Positions 28,135 through 42,658 of a stretch of 64,000 nucleotides of DNA are shown here, one piece after another. The translations under genes and the position numbers were made by a program. This DNA comes from Acetobacteraceae bacterium (GTDB taxonomy: Bacteria; Pseudomonadota; Alphaproteobacteria; Acetobacterales; Acetobacteraceae): NCBI GenBank assembly GCA_965276795.1, contig OZ255628.1, positions 2,183,850 to 2,247,849 on the forward strand. The letters run 5' to 3'. The first letter of the stretch is position 1; every line of letters begins with the position of its first letter. The notes beneath the pieces were generated by a model. The model was given only the letters and a program-made list of their open reading frames with translations. It had not been told where the DNA came from and did no database searches.

Positions 28135-29037
28135 TTGAATGCCTCCGCCATGCTCATGATTTTCGGCAAGCCAGCGCCGCTCTTGTTCGGGCAACTCTTG
28201 CTCGGCATCATCAACGGCGCGTTTTATGCAATGCTGTCGCTCGGCCTTGCGATCATTTTCGGCTTGTTGAACGTCATCAACTTCGCCCATGGCGCGCTGT
28301 TCATGGTGGGCGCCTTCGTCACCTGGGGCTTGTTCAACTATCTCGGCATCGGCTTCTGGCCGGCCCTGATCCTTGCGCCGATCATCGTGGCGGCGCTGGG
28401 CCTGGGGCTGGAGCGCGGGCTGATCCGCTTCACCTATAAGCTCGACATCCTCTACGGGCTGTTGCTGACCTTCGGGCTGGCGCTGATTTTGCAGGGGCTG
28501 TTCACCAATTACTATGGCAGCTCCGGGGTGAGCTATTCCGGGCCGGACGCGTTGTCCGGCGTGCTCAATCTCGGCTTCATGTATCTGCCGGTCTACCGCG
28601 CCTTCGTGATCGTCGCGGCGGCGGTGATCTGCTTCGTGGTGTGGTTCACCATCGAGAAGACCTCGCTGGGTGCCACGCTGCGGGCGGCGACGGAAAATCC
28701 AAGGCTGGTGCAGGCCTTCGGCGTCAACGTGCCGCGGCTGATCGCGCTGACCTTCGCCGCGGGCGTCGGGCTGGCGGGGCTGGCGGGCGTGCTGGCGGCG
28801 CCGCTTTATTCAGTCAATCCCAACATGGGCAGCGATCTGATCAACACGGTGTTCGCGGTGGTGGTGATCGGCGGCATGGGGTCGATCGGCGGCGCGATCC
28901 TGACCGGCTTCGGGCTTGGCATCATCCAGGGGCTGACCGAGGCCTTCTATCCGCCAGCCTCCTCGGTGGTGGTGTTCATCGTGATGGCCATCGTGCTGCT
29001 AGCGCGGCCCGCCGGCCTGTTTGGCAAGGTGGCCTGA
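28135..29037 (+). CDS. Branched-chain-type ABC permease (LivH-like)
   Basis: Polytopic protein with the GIINGAFYAMLSLGLAIIFG motif. The start is uncertain (TTG at 28135 or ATG at 28150). Confidence 0.8.
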   Translation: MNASAMLMIFGKPAPLLFGQLLLGIINGAFYAMLSLGLAIIFGLLNVINFAHGALFMVGAFVTWGLFNYLGIGFWPALILAPIIVAALGLGLERGLIRFTYKLDILYGLLLTFGLALILQGLFTNYYGSSGVSYSGPDALSGVLNLGFMYLPVYRAFVIVAAAVICFVVWFTIEKTSLGATLRAATENPRLVQAFGVNVPRLIALTFAAGVGLAGLAGVLAAPLYSVNPNMGSDLINTVFAVVVIGGMGSIGGAILTGFGLGIIQGLTEAFYPPASSVVVFIVMAIVLLARPAGLFGKVA

Positions 29038-29039
29038 GC

Positions 29040-30020
29040 ATGAGCGACCTCGCCATCGCCTCGCCGTCGATGAACAGCCCGTCTCTGGCCGGTTTCACCC
29101 GCGCGCAGGCGCTGGCTTTCCTGATCATGTTGGCGGCGCTGATCGCGGCGCCCTTTGTCGTCTACCCGATTTTCGTCATGCAGGTGATGTGCTTCGCGCT
29201 GTTCGCGATGGGCGCCAATCTGATCATGGGGTATACCGGCCTGCTCTCGCTGGGGCAGGCGGCGTTTTTCGGCATGGGCAGCTATGTCGGCGGCTATTGC
29301 CTGCAAACGCTGCATTTCGGCGCCGGCGTCAGCCTGATTTTGGGCGGGCTGACCGGAGCCGTGCTGGGGCTGGTGTTCGGCTGGCTCGCCATCCGCCGCC
29401 AGACCATCTATTTCGCGATGATCACCTTGGCGCTGGCGCAGATCGTCGTGTTCTTCGCCGTACAGGATACCGGCTTTACCGGCGGCGAGAACGGCATCCA
29501 AAACATCCCGCGCGACAATCTGCTCGGGGTGATCCCGCTCGCGCATGATCTCCAGCTCTACTGGTTCGTGCTGGCGGTGTTCATCATCGGCTTCCTGTTT
29601 GCGCATCGCATCATCCATTCGCCGTTCGGCCAAGTGATGAAAGCGATCCGCGAGAACGAGAACCGCGCCATCTCGCTGGGCTACAAATCCTACCAATATA
29701 AATGGATCGTCTTCGTGCTGGCCGCGTTCATCTCCGGCATCGCCGGCGCGCTGAACACGCTGGTGATGGGCATCGCGACCCTCTCCGGCGTCGGCAACGA
29801 GACCTCTGGATTAGTTGTGCTGATGGTGCTGGTGGGCGGCATCGGCACGGTGTTCGGGCCGCTGATCGGCGCGCTGATCATCATTGCGATGCAATATTAC
29901 CTGTCCTCCTTCGCCGACTGGGTCACCGTCATCCAAGGAGTCATTTTCATTGCCTGCGTGCTGCTGTTCCGGCGCGGCATTTTGGGCGAACTCGCCGCGC
30001 GCCTGAAAGTCGCGCTGTAG
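29040..30020 (+). CDS. Branched-chain-type ABC permease (LivM-like)
   Basis: ATG at 29040, 3 nt after the upstream stop. GYTGLLSLGQAAFFGMGSY motif. The longer ORF from 28641 overlaps livH-like in another frame. Confidence 0.8.
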   Translation: MSDLAIASPSMNSPSLAGFTRAQALAFLIMLAALIAAPFVVYPIFVMQVMCFALFAMGANLIMGYTGLLSLGQAAFFGMGSYVGGYCLQTLHFGAGVSLILGGLTGAVLGLVFGWLAIRRQTIYFAMITLALAQIVVFFAVQDTGFTGGENGIQNIPRDNLLGVIPLAHDLQLYWFVLAVFIIGFLFAHRIIHSPFGQVMKAIRENENRAISLGYKSYQYKWIVFVLAAFISGIAGALNTLVMGIATLSGVGNETSGLVVLMVLVGGIGTVFGPLIGALIIIAMQYYLSSFADWVTVIQGVIFIACVLLFRRGILGELAARLKVAL

Positions 30021-30024
30021 GGCA

Positions 30025-31494
30025 ATGCAGGCCGCCGAATACGTCACCCATGACGCGACCTCGCTGGCGGCGCTGATTGCCAGGCGCGAGATCAGCGCCG
30101 CCGAGGCGCTGGACGCGGCGCTGGCGGTGATCGATGCCGGCGAACCGCGTTACAACGCCATCGCGGTGGATGCGCGGGACCGCGCCAGAACCCAAAAGTT
30201 ACGACCCGGACCCTTTGCCGGCGTGCCGTTCCTGCTCAAGGATATCTACCAGGACTATGCCGGCCTGCCGATGACCATGGGCGCGAAGCCGCTGCGCCAC
30301 AACATCGCCATGCGGACCGCCGCGATCACCGAACGCTATCTCGCCGCAGGGCTGGTCATCATCGGCTCGACGACGACGCCGGAGCTAGGGCTGAAAGCCA
30401 CCACCGAAACCGCGCTGCACGGCGCGACCCGCAATCCGTGGAATACCGGGCGCACCCCGGGCGGCTCGTCCGGCGGTTCGGCGGCGGCGGTCGCCGCCGG
30501 CTACGTGCCGATGGCTGGCGCTTCGGATGGCGGCGGCTCGATTCGCATCCCCGCCGCCTATTGCGGCTTGTTCGGCCTGAAGCCGTCGCGTGGCCGCGTG
30601 CCCGAGGGGCCGATGCGCGCCGAGGCCTGGGATGGCGCGGTCGCTTCGCACGCGCTGACCCGCAGCGTGCGCGATTCGGCAGCGCTGCTCGATGCCATCG
30701 CTGGGCCGGAACCGGGCGGCCCGTTCGCCATCGCGCCGCCGGCGCGGCCTTATGTGGAAGAGCTGAACGCCGATCCGGGCCGCTTGCGCATCGGCTTTTC
30801 GGTGGCCTCGCCGGTCGGCGGCACAGTCGATGCCGACATCGCGGCCAGCGTCATCCTCGCCGCCAAACGGCTGGAAGGCCTCGGGCATCATGTCGAGGAA
30901 GCCGCCCCCGCTATCGATGGCAGGCTGCTGGCGCGCTGCTATATGAGCCTGTATTTCGGCCATGTCGCCGCCGCCACCGCCGAGATCATGCAGCAAACCG
31001 GCGTCAAGCCGGAGGCGTTCGAGGCTGATACCAACGCGCTGGCAATGCTCGGCCGGTCGCTCTCGGCAGGGGCCTATGTGGCGATGCGCGAACATTGGAA
31101 CGGCTTTGCCCGCGCGCTGGCCGCGTATCACGCGCGGTTTGATCTTTACATGACTCCGTCAACCGCCATGCGCCCGGCGAAAATCGGCGAACTGGCGACG
31201 CCCAAGCTGCAACAAACCCTGGTCAGCCTGATGATGTCGCTGCGGGCCGGAACGCTGATGCTGAAATCCGGCATCGTCGATCAGCTGGCGGCGCGCTCGC
31301 TTGAACGCACGCCGTTCACGCAATTAGCTAACCTCACCTTCGTCCCGGCAATGTCGGTGCCGATGGGCAAGGACGCCTCCGGCCTGCCCATCGGCGTGCA
31401 GTTCATCGCCCCGTTCGGCGGCGAAGGCAGGCTGATCAGGCTGGCGGCGCAGCTCGAACGCGCCTTTCCCTGGGCCACGCTTCCGCCATCGTGA
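30025..31494 (+). CDS. Amidase (amidase-signature family)
   Basis: GGSSGGSAAAVAAG...GSDGGGSIRIPAAYCGLFGLKPSRGR. Confidence 0.88.
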   Translation: MQAAEYVTHDATSLAALIARREISAAEALDAALAVIDAGEPRYNAIAVDARDRARTQKLRPGPFAGVPFLLKDIYQDYAGLPMTMGAKPLRHNIAMRTAAITERYLAAGLVIIGSTTTPELGLKATTETALHGATRNPWNTGRTPGGSSGGSAAAVAAGYVPMAGASDGGGSIRIPAAYCGLFGLKPSRGRVPEGPMRAEAWDGAVASHALTRSVRDSAALLDAIAGPEPGGPFAIAPPARPYVEELNADPGRLRIGFSVASPVGGTVDADIAASVILAAKRLEGLGHHVEEAAPAIDGRLLARCYMSLYFGHVAAATAEIMQQTGVKPEAFEADTNALAMLGRSLSAGAYVAMREHWNGFARALAAYHARFDLYMTPSTAMRPAKIGELATPKLQQTLVSLMMSLRAGTLMLKSGIVDQLAARSLERTPFTQLANLTFVPAMSVPMGKDASGLPIGVQFIAPFGGEGRLIRLAAQLERAFPWATLPPS

Positions 31495-31675
31495 GCAAGC
31501 AGCGCGGCATCGCGCGGAATTCAACCGGGCCGGTTGAATCCCCAGTCTTTTTCTCCCATTTTGCGCGTATGGATCATACAAGGCGGATAATCCTTGGCCA
31601 GGAAGGCATCAGAAAGGCGCGCAATGAGCAACGGGCAATGAGCAAACGGATGATCGCCGCGGGATATCTTCGTTC

Positions 31676-34600
31676 GTGAACACCATCGCCCCACAAGCGG
31701 CCACCAAACAGCCCGCCGAAGCCCGCGCCGGTATTTCGCGCAGCAGCGCCAGGAGCCTGGCCGCGGGCCAGAAACCGGCGAAGCTCTATTACTTCAACCC
31801 GTTTTTCGTAGGCTCCGCCACCGGCTGGGCAGCGCATTTCGAACGAGCGGCGCGCCTGGGCTTTGACGCGGTTTTACTCGCCTCGCCCTTCGATAGCGGC
31901 CTTGCCGACGACATGCTGCGCGTCAAGAACCATTTCATTCTGCATCCGGCGCTGGGCGGCGGCGATGCGTTGAGCTGCCTGAAAACCGCGGCGGGGCTGG
32001 CCGAACAGGCCGGGCTGTCGCTGATGCTCGACCTCGTGCTCGACCGGCTCGCGCTCGATGCCGATCTCGCCGCGGAACATCCCGATTGGTTTTCAGTGGC
32101 GGGCGATACTGCCGCCATGCGTTTTCTCGGCCCCGACGATGTCACGGTGGGCTGGTGGATCGAGACGATCGGCGCGTTGCAGGACGCCGGCATCAAGGGC
32201 TTTCGTTGCGATGAGGCGCATTACACGCCGCCGCATGTCTGGTCGCATGTTCTGGAGGAAGCCCGCGCCCGCGCCCCCGGCACGGTGTTCATTGCCTGGA
32301 CGCCGGGCGCCGCTCCCGAAGCAGTGGCGGCGCTGCAAGGCTGCGGCTTTAACTTTGCCGCCTCGTCCTCCTGCTGGTGGGATTTCCGCGCCGGCTGGCT
32401 GGACGAGGACGCGGCGCGGATCACCGCGGTCGCTCCCGCCATGGCGACGCCGGAGCCGCTATTCGGCCAGCGCGCGGCGGCTGGGCCTGATCTTGCGCTG
32501 GCTATGCTCGCCAGCCGCCGCGCGCTGGCGCTGGCCGCGCATTACGCGCCCGGCTTCCTGATGCCGATGGGTTTCGAATATGGCGTCAGCGCGCCGATGT
32601 CCCGCCATTCAGGCGCCTCGGAAGCGTTCGCCGAGGCGTTTCAGGCCTTGCAAGCCGCGCCGCGCATCGACCTCACGCGCGATGTGACGGCGGCGAACGC
32701 CCGGCTCGCCAAGCAAGCGAAATTCCTCCAAGGCGGCGCGGCGCGGGTGATCTCCTCGCCTTGGGCAAATGTCGCGGTGCTGGCGCGGGGCGCGCAGCCG
32801 AATTCCGGCCCGAACCCCGTGCAAAATCCGGGCGCGGTGCTGCTGGCAAACGCCTCGCTCGATGCGCCCGGCTTCTGCTCGGCGAACGCCATCCTGTCGA
32901 ATATTGGCCTCGGCGGCCAGCTTGCCCTTCTTGACCAAAAACGCCTCGACCAGAAACAGCCGGCAGCGCCGGCCGACCTCATCATCCTGCCGCCGGGCGA
33001 GACCATGCTATGCCGCTTCGCCCCTTTGCCGATCATCAAGACGGCGAAACGGCAGACTGCGGACGAAGCCGTCGCGGCCCCTCGCATCGCCATTGAAAAC
33101 GTCACGCCCAGCGTTGATGGCGGGCGTTTCCCAGTCAAGCGCATTGCCGGGGAAACCATCGCCATCGAGGCCGATTTGCTCTGCGACGGCCATGACAAGC
33201 TTTCCGCCGACCTGCTGTGGCGGGCCGAGGACGAGGCCGGATGGCGGCGGGCGCCGATGGCCTTGATCGCGAATGACCGCTGGACCGCACCGGTGACATT
33301 GAGCCGGATGGGCCGCTATCAGCTCTCCATCGAGGCGTGGAAGGATAGTTTTGCCAGCTTTGTCGACGAGGTCACCAAGAAGCACGCGGCGGCCGTGCCG
33401 GTCACTGTAGAAGTCGAGGAAGGGATTGATCTTGTCCGCAAGGCGGCGGCGCGCGCCGGCGGCGAGGCCAAGGCCGCGCTAACAGCGTTGCTGGGGAAAA
33501 TCGAGGCCAGCGACGCCGATGCGCGAAGGCTGGCGCTGGCCGATCCCGAAACCGTGGCGCTGATGCGGGCGAATGCCGAGCGGCAGTTTAGCATTACATT
33601 AACGCCGCCCGTGTTGATCGACGCCGAACGCAAGGCCGCCGGATTTGCCAGCTGGTACGAGATTTTCCCGCGCAGCGCCAGCGATGACGAGAATCGCCAC
33701 GGCACCTTCGACGATGTCATCACCCAATTGCCGCGCATCCGCGCCATGGGCTTCGACGTGCTGTATTTTCCGCCGATCCACCCGATCGGCCGCAAGAACC
33801 GTAAAGGCCGCAATAACAGCCTGACGCCGACGCCGGATGATCCTGGTAGCCCCTATGCCATCGGCGGGCCGGAAGGCGGACATGACGCGATCAACCCGGC
33901 GCTCGGCACGCTGGAGGATTTCCTGCGCCTTAAGGATGCCGCGCTGGCGCAAGGTTTGGAACTCGCCATCGACTTCGCGATCCAATGCGCGCCGGATCAT
34001 CCTTGGCTGGCCCAGCATCCGGAATGGTTCGACTGGCGGCCCGATGGCTCGATCAAATACGCCGAAAACCCGCCGAAAAAATATGAGGACATCGTCAATG
34101 TCGATTTCTACGCGGCGGGCGCCAAGCCGGCTTTATGGCGGGCGCTCCGCGATGTGGTGTTGTTTTGGGCCAGGCAAGGCATCCGGATTTTCCGCGTCGA
34201 TAATCCGCATACCAAGCCGTTTCCGTTCTGGGAGTGGATGATCGGCGACATCCGCGCGCGTTACCCCGACGCGATGTTCCTGGCCGAGGCCTTCACCCGG
34301 CCCAAGCTGATGTACCGCTTGGCGAAACTCGGCTTCTCGCAATCCTACACCTATTTCACCTGGCGCAACACCAAGCAGGAACTAACGGAATATCTCACTG
34401 AATTAACTACGACGGCGCCGCGCGACTTTTTCCGGCCGCATTTCTTCGTTAACACGCCTGATATCAACCCGATTTTCCTGCAAAGCTCCGGCCGGCCCGG
34501 CTTTATCATCCGCGCCGCGCTCGCGGCCACCTTGTCCGGCCTGTTCGGGGTCTATAACGGTTTTGAATTATGCGAAGCGGCGGCGCTGCCGGGGCGCGAG

Positions 34601-35013
34601 GAATATCTTGATTCGGAAAAATACCAGATCAGGGCATGGGATTGGGACAGGCCCGGCAATATCGTGCGGGAGATCACCCAGCTGAACGCCATCAGGCGAA
34701 GCAATCCGGCGCTGCACAGCCATCTTGGAATCAGGTTTCTTCCAGCGGCCAACGAAAGTATTTTATACTTCCTCAAATCGACCGAGGATCGCAGCAATGT
34801 TCTGCTGGTCGCCATCAGCCTTGATCCTAAAGCAGTGCAGCAGGCGACAATCGAACTCCCGCTCTGGTATTTCGGCTTATCGGATGACGCGCCGCTGGCG
34901 GCGGAAGACTTGCTGCGCGGCGTTTCCTTTGTCTGGCAGGGCAAATGGCAAAACGTGCGGCTCGATCCTGACGAATTGCCAGTCTGCATCTGGCGCATAC
35001 GCAAGGTAACGCA

Positions 35014-35017
<4 letters not shown>
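31676..35017 (+). CDS. glgE: Alpha-1,4-glucan:maltose-1-phosphate maltosyltransferase GlgE with an approximately 467-aa extra N-terminal GH13-like domain
   Basis: The C-terminal ~645 aa contain IENVTPSVDGGRFPVKR, YFPPIHPIG and FRVDNPHTKPFPFWEW. The N-terminal part contains GFDAVLLASPF and GFRCDEAHY. Confidence 0.85.
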
Positions 35018-38329
<3,312 letters not shown>

Positions 38330-38346
<17 letters not shown>

Positions 38347-40513
38347 TCCCATGATTGATCAGGGCGCCATTGCTGCGCTGGCGGAAGGCCGCCACGGCGA
38401 TCCTTTCGCGGTGCTGGGGCCGCATGACACGCAAGAGGGCAGGGTGGTGCGGGCCTTCCTGCCCGGCGCCCATGCTGTCACGCTGATCGATGACAAAGGC
38501 GCGACGCTGGCGCCGATGGACTCCGCTAACGGAATGTTTGAAGGGGCGCTGCCCGCGCCGCAGCCCTACCGCCTGCGCATCGATTGGGGGGGCGGCATCC
38601 AAGAAACCCACGACCCCTACTCGTTCCCGCCGCTGCTGGGCGAGATGGATATCTATCTGCTCAAGGAAGGCCGTCAGCTTCAGCTCGCCGAATGCCTCGG
38701 CGCCAAGCCGATGCAGGTCAACGGCGTCGATGGCGTCCGCTTCGCGGTCTGGGCGCCGAATGCCAGGCGCGTCTCGGTGATCGGCCCGTTCAACATCTGG
38801 GATGGCCGCCGCCACCCGATGCGACTGCGCGTGGATGCGGGCGTGTGGGAAATTTTCATCCCGCGGATCGGCGCGGGCGAAATCTACAAATACGAAATCC
38901 TCGCCCGCGACGGCGCGGTGATCCAAAAGGCCGACCCGGTCGCCCGCGCCGTGGAAGTGCCGCCCGCCACCGCCTCCATTGTCGATACCAACGACGCCTT
39001 TACCTGGACCGATGACGCCTGGCGGCAGGCGCATCGCCAGCGGCAGCCTAACACGCCGTTATCGATCTACGAGGTCCATGCGCCGTCCTGGCGGCGGCAT
39101 CCCGATGGCCGGTCCTATACCTGGAACGAGCTGGGCGATTCACTGATCCCCTACGTAACCGATCTCGGCTTCACCCATATTGAATTGCTGCCGATCATGG
39201 CTTACCCGTTCGGCGGCTCGTGGGGCTATCAGCCGCTGTCGCAATTCGCGCCGCTACCGGCGATGGGCCAACCCGCCGACTTCGCCCGCTTCATCGACCG
39301 CTGCCACGAAGCCGGCATCGGCGTCATCCTCGATTGGGTGCCGGCGCATTTCCCCACCGATTCGCACGGGCTGATCCGCTTCGACGGCACGGCGCTGTAC
39401 GAACACGAAGACCCGCGCGAAGGGTTCCACCAGGACTGGAACACGCTGATCTATAATCTGGGCCGGGCGGAGGTGCGCAACTTCCTGCTGGCCAGTGCCT
39501 TGTTCTGGCTCAACCATTTCCACGCCGACGCCATCCGCGTCGATGCCGTCGCCTCGATGCTGTACCGCGATTACTCGCGCAAAGCCGATGAGTGGATACC
39601 CAACCGCTACGGCGGACGCGAAAACCTTGAATCAATCTCGTTCTTTCGCGAATTGCGCGGCGTGATCGACGACTACGCCCCCGGTGCGCTGATGATCGCC
39701 GAGGAATCGACAGCCTTTCCCGGCGTCACCGCGACCCCGCAAGATGGCGGCCTCGGCTTCACCCATAAATGGAACATGGGCTGGATGCACGACACGCTGC
39801 GCTACATCCAAGAGGACCCGGTAAACCGGCGCTATCATCACGATGATCTCACCTTCGGCCTGATCTACGCGTTCTCCGAGCATTTCGTCCTGCCGATCTC
39901 GCATGACGAGGTGGTGCACGGCAAATACTCTTTGTTAGGGCGGATGCCGGGCGATCACTGGCAGCGCTTCGCCAATCTGCGGATTTACCTCGCTTATCTG
40001 TGGACCCAACCCGGCAAGAAACTATTGTTCATGGGCTGCGAGTTCGGCCAGCAGATTGAATGGAATCATGATCAGGAACTTTCCTGGTATCTGCTGCAAG
40101 ATTCGATGCATCAAGGGGTTCTCGACAGCGTGCGCGACCTCAACCGCATCTACGCCGCCGAACCGGCGCTCCACGCGGGTGATTTTTCGCCGGAAGGCTT
40201 CCGCTGGGTGATCGGCGATGACCGCGCGCAAAGCGTGGTGGCCTGTCTCCGGCTCGATCCCGCCGGGGCCGCGCCGCCGGTGTTAGTCGTTTATAACTTC
40301 ACCCCGGTGCCGCGCTATGGTTACCGCATCGGCGTGCCGCATGGCGGCGCCTGGCGCGAAATTCTGAACACCGACGCGGCAATCTATGGCGGCTCCAATC
40401 TCGGCAATAGCGGCATGCTCACCGCGCAATCCGAAAGCGCTCACGGCCTGCCGCATTCGCTCGATCTGCTGCTGCCCCCGCTGGCCGCGCTCGTGCTGCG
40501 CTGGGAAGGCTAA
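38330..40513 (+). CDS. glgB: 1,4-alpha-glucan branching enzyme
   Basis: [38 protein letters not shown] and [10 protein letters not shown]. The start could instead be the ATG at 38339. Confidence 0.93.
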
Positions 40514-40516
40514 TCC

Positions 40517-42658
40517 GTGCCGCTGCCGGACCGCTTGGAATCCGGCAGCCCGGCATCGCTTGGCGCTAACTGGGACGGGCTGGGCGTTAATTTTGCGGTA
40601 TTTTCCGCTAACGCCGACCGCATCGAGCTTTGCCTGTTCGACCGTAGCGGACGCCGCGAAATCGCCCGCCACGACCTTTCCGAATGCACCGATGAGGTGT
40701 TCCACGGCTACCTGCCGGATGCCCGCCCCGGCCTGCTCTACGGCTACCGCGCGCACGGCCCTTATCAGCCCGATCACGGCCACCGCTTCAACCCCAACAA
40801 GCTGCTGCTCGACCCCTACGCCAAGATACTGTCGGGCAAATTACACTGGTCGGACGCGCTCTACGGCTACCGCGTCGGCGCCTCCCGCGGCGACCTCTCA
40901 TTCGACCGCCGGGACAGCGCCGCCGCGATGCCGAAATCGGTGGTGACCGATGGCGCGCTGGCCGGCCCGGATCATCCGGCGCCGCGCCGGCCTTGGCCGG
41001 AAACCGTCATCTACGAGGCGCATCTGCGCGGCCTGACGATACAGCGGGAGGATATCGCAACCGAACGGCGCGGCACCTTCGCCGGCCTCGCCGATCCGCG
41101 GATGATCGACCATCTGGTAAAACTCGGCGTCACCGCCATCGAGCTGCTGCCGGTGCAGGCCTTCGCGCAGGACCGCTTCCTGGTCGCCAAAAACCTCGCC
41201 AATTACTGGGGCTATTCAACGCTCTCCTATTTCTCGCCCGAACCGGATTACGTGACGGAAGCCGATTTCGCCATCTACGAGGTACGCTCGGCAATCCAGC
41301 GCCTGCATCAAGCCGGCATCGAGGTAATCCTCGATGTCGTTTACAACCACACCTGTGAAAGCGACGAAACCGGACCTACCTTGTGCTGGCGCGGCCTCGA
41401 CAATGCCAATTATTACCGGCTGATCCCAGGCCGCGAGCGGTACTTCGTTAACGATACCGGCTGCGGCAACACCATTAACATCACCCACCCACGGGTGCTG
41501 CAAATGGTGATGGACAGCCTGCGCTACTGGGTGCAGGCCTATCAGGTTGACGGTTTTCGTTTTGACCTGGGAACAATTCTGGGACGCGAGCCATCCGGCT
41601 TCAACCCGAATGCCGGATTTTTCCAGGCCATCCGTCAGGACCCGGTGCTCGCCCGCGTCAAGCTGATCTCCGAGCCCTGGGATATCGGGCCAGGCGGCTA
41701 CCAGCTCGGCAAGCATCCGCCCGGTTTCGCCGAATGGAACGACCAGTTCCGCGACAGCGCGCGCCGCTTCTGGCGCGGCGATCCCGGCCAGCGCTCGGAA
41801 CTCGCCGGGCGCCTGATGGGTTCCAGCGAACTATTCGACCACCGCCGCCGGCGTCCTTGGGCATCGGTGAATTTCGTCGCCTGCCATGACGGCTTCCCGC
41901 TGCGCGACATCGTCACCTATAACAAGCGCGACAACTTTGCTAACGGCGAGGATAACCGCGACGGCGCCAGCGACAACAACTCGTCCAATTGGGGCGCCGA
42001 GGGGGAAACGGACGACGCCGCCATCATCGCCCGCCGCCAGCGCGTGGCAAGGGCGCTGCTCGCCACCGTCTTCGTCTCGCACGGCACACCGATGCTGCTG
42101 GCCGGCGACGAGATGGACCGCACCCAGCGCGGCAATAACAACGCGTATTGCCAGGATAACGAGATGTCCTGGCTGGACTGGCACCCCCTGCTGTCGGCGG
42201 CGGATACCCATGCTCACATCATGACGGCGTTCACCGCCCGGCTCATCGGTCTCCGCGCTACCCATCCAAGCTTGTCCTGCGCCCGCTATCTGCACGGCAA
42301 TGACGAGGTTCTCCCCGGCATCATCGACGCCGAATGGTTCGATGAGCGCGGCCAGGCGCTGACCTCCGAGGCCTGGCGCGATCCCGCGGGAAAGCTGCTG
42401 ACGCTGCGCCGCGCCGTCGCCCATGAAACCCGTATCGACATGACGCTGACCTTGCTCAACGCGTCCGATGACGACCAGGAGTTTGTGCTCCCAGACCCTG
42501 CCCAGCAATGGCGGATCGAAATAGATACTGCACAGCCCTTGCGGCCTCCCTATATGCTCGGTCACGCCGTAATCACGGTTCTCGCCCATTCCCTGGTCTT
42601 GCTTTCCGCCTCTCCGATGGAGTTTTCCGATGACCACGCAGCAGCCTCGCGCGGCTAA
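40517..42658 (+). CDS. glgX: Glycogen debranching enzyme
   Basis: GTG start. GANWDGLGVNFAVFS, YEAHLRG, DVVYNHT, GFRFDL and EPWD. Confidence 0.92.
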   Translation: MPLPDRLESGSPASLGANWDGLGVNFAVFSANADRIELCLFDRSGRREIARHDLSECTDEVFHGYLPDARPGLLYGYRAHGPYQPDHGHRFNPNKLLLDPYAKILSGKLHWSDALYGYRVGASRGDLSFDRRDSAAAMPKSVVTDGALAGPDHPAPRRPWPETVIYEAHLRGLTIQREDIATERRGTFAGLADPRMIDHLVKLGVTAIELLPVQAFAQDRFLVAKNLANYWGYSTLSYFSPEPDYVTEADFAIYEVRSAIQRLHQAGIEVILDVVYNHTCESDETGPTLCWRGLDNANYYRLIPGRERYFVNDTGCGNTINITHPRVLQMVMDSLRYWVQAYQVDGFRFDLGTILGREPSGFNPNAGFFQAIRQDPVLARVKLISEPWDIGPGGYQLGKHPPGFAEWNDQFRDSARRFWRGDPGQRSELAGRLMGSSELFDHRRRRPWASVNFVACHDGFPLRDIVTYNKRDNFANGEDNRDGASDNNSSNWGAEGETDDAAIIARRQRVARALLATVFVSHGTPMLLAGDEMDRTQRGNNNAYCQDNEMSWLDWHPLLSAADTHAHIMTAFTARLIGLRATHPSLSCARYLHGNDEVLPGIIDAEWFDERGQALTSEAWRDPAGKLLTLRRAVAHETRIDMTLTLLNASDDDQEFVLPDPAQQWRIEIDTAQPLRPPYMLGHAVITVLAHSLVLLSASPMEFSDDHAAASRG

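Noticed and set aside
28641-29039. N-terminal extension of the LivM-like ORF (459-aa version). Likewise 44264..44428 for malQ, 25959..26027 for the LivF-like gene, 14783..14893 for the phosphoesterase and 10483..10617 for the cupin isomerase.
   Set aside because: The extensions overlap the preceding gene in another frame or run through repeat/AT-rich DNA. Internal ATGs with an RBS or start/stop coupling give products with normal family N-termini.
31491-31679. 62-aa ORF in the amidase-glgE intergenic gap.
   Set aside because: No RBS and no recognisable motifs. It overlaps the amidase stop and the glgE start. More likely it is promoter/leader DNA for the glg/tre operon.
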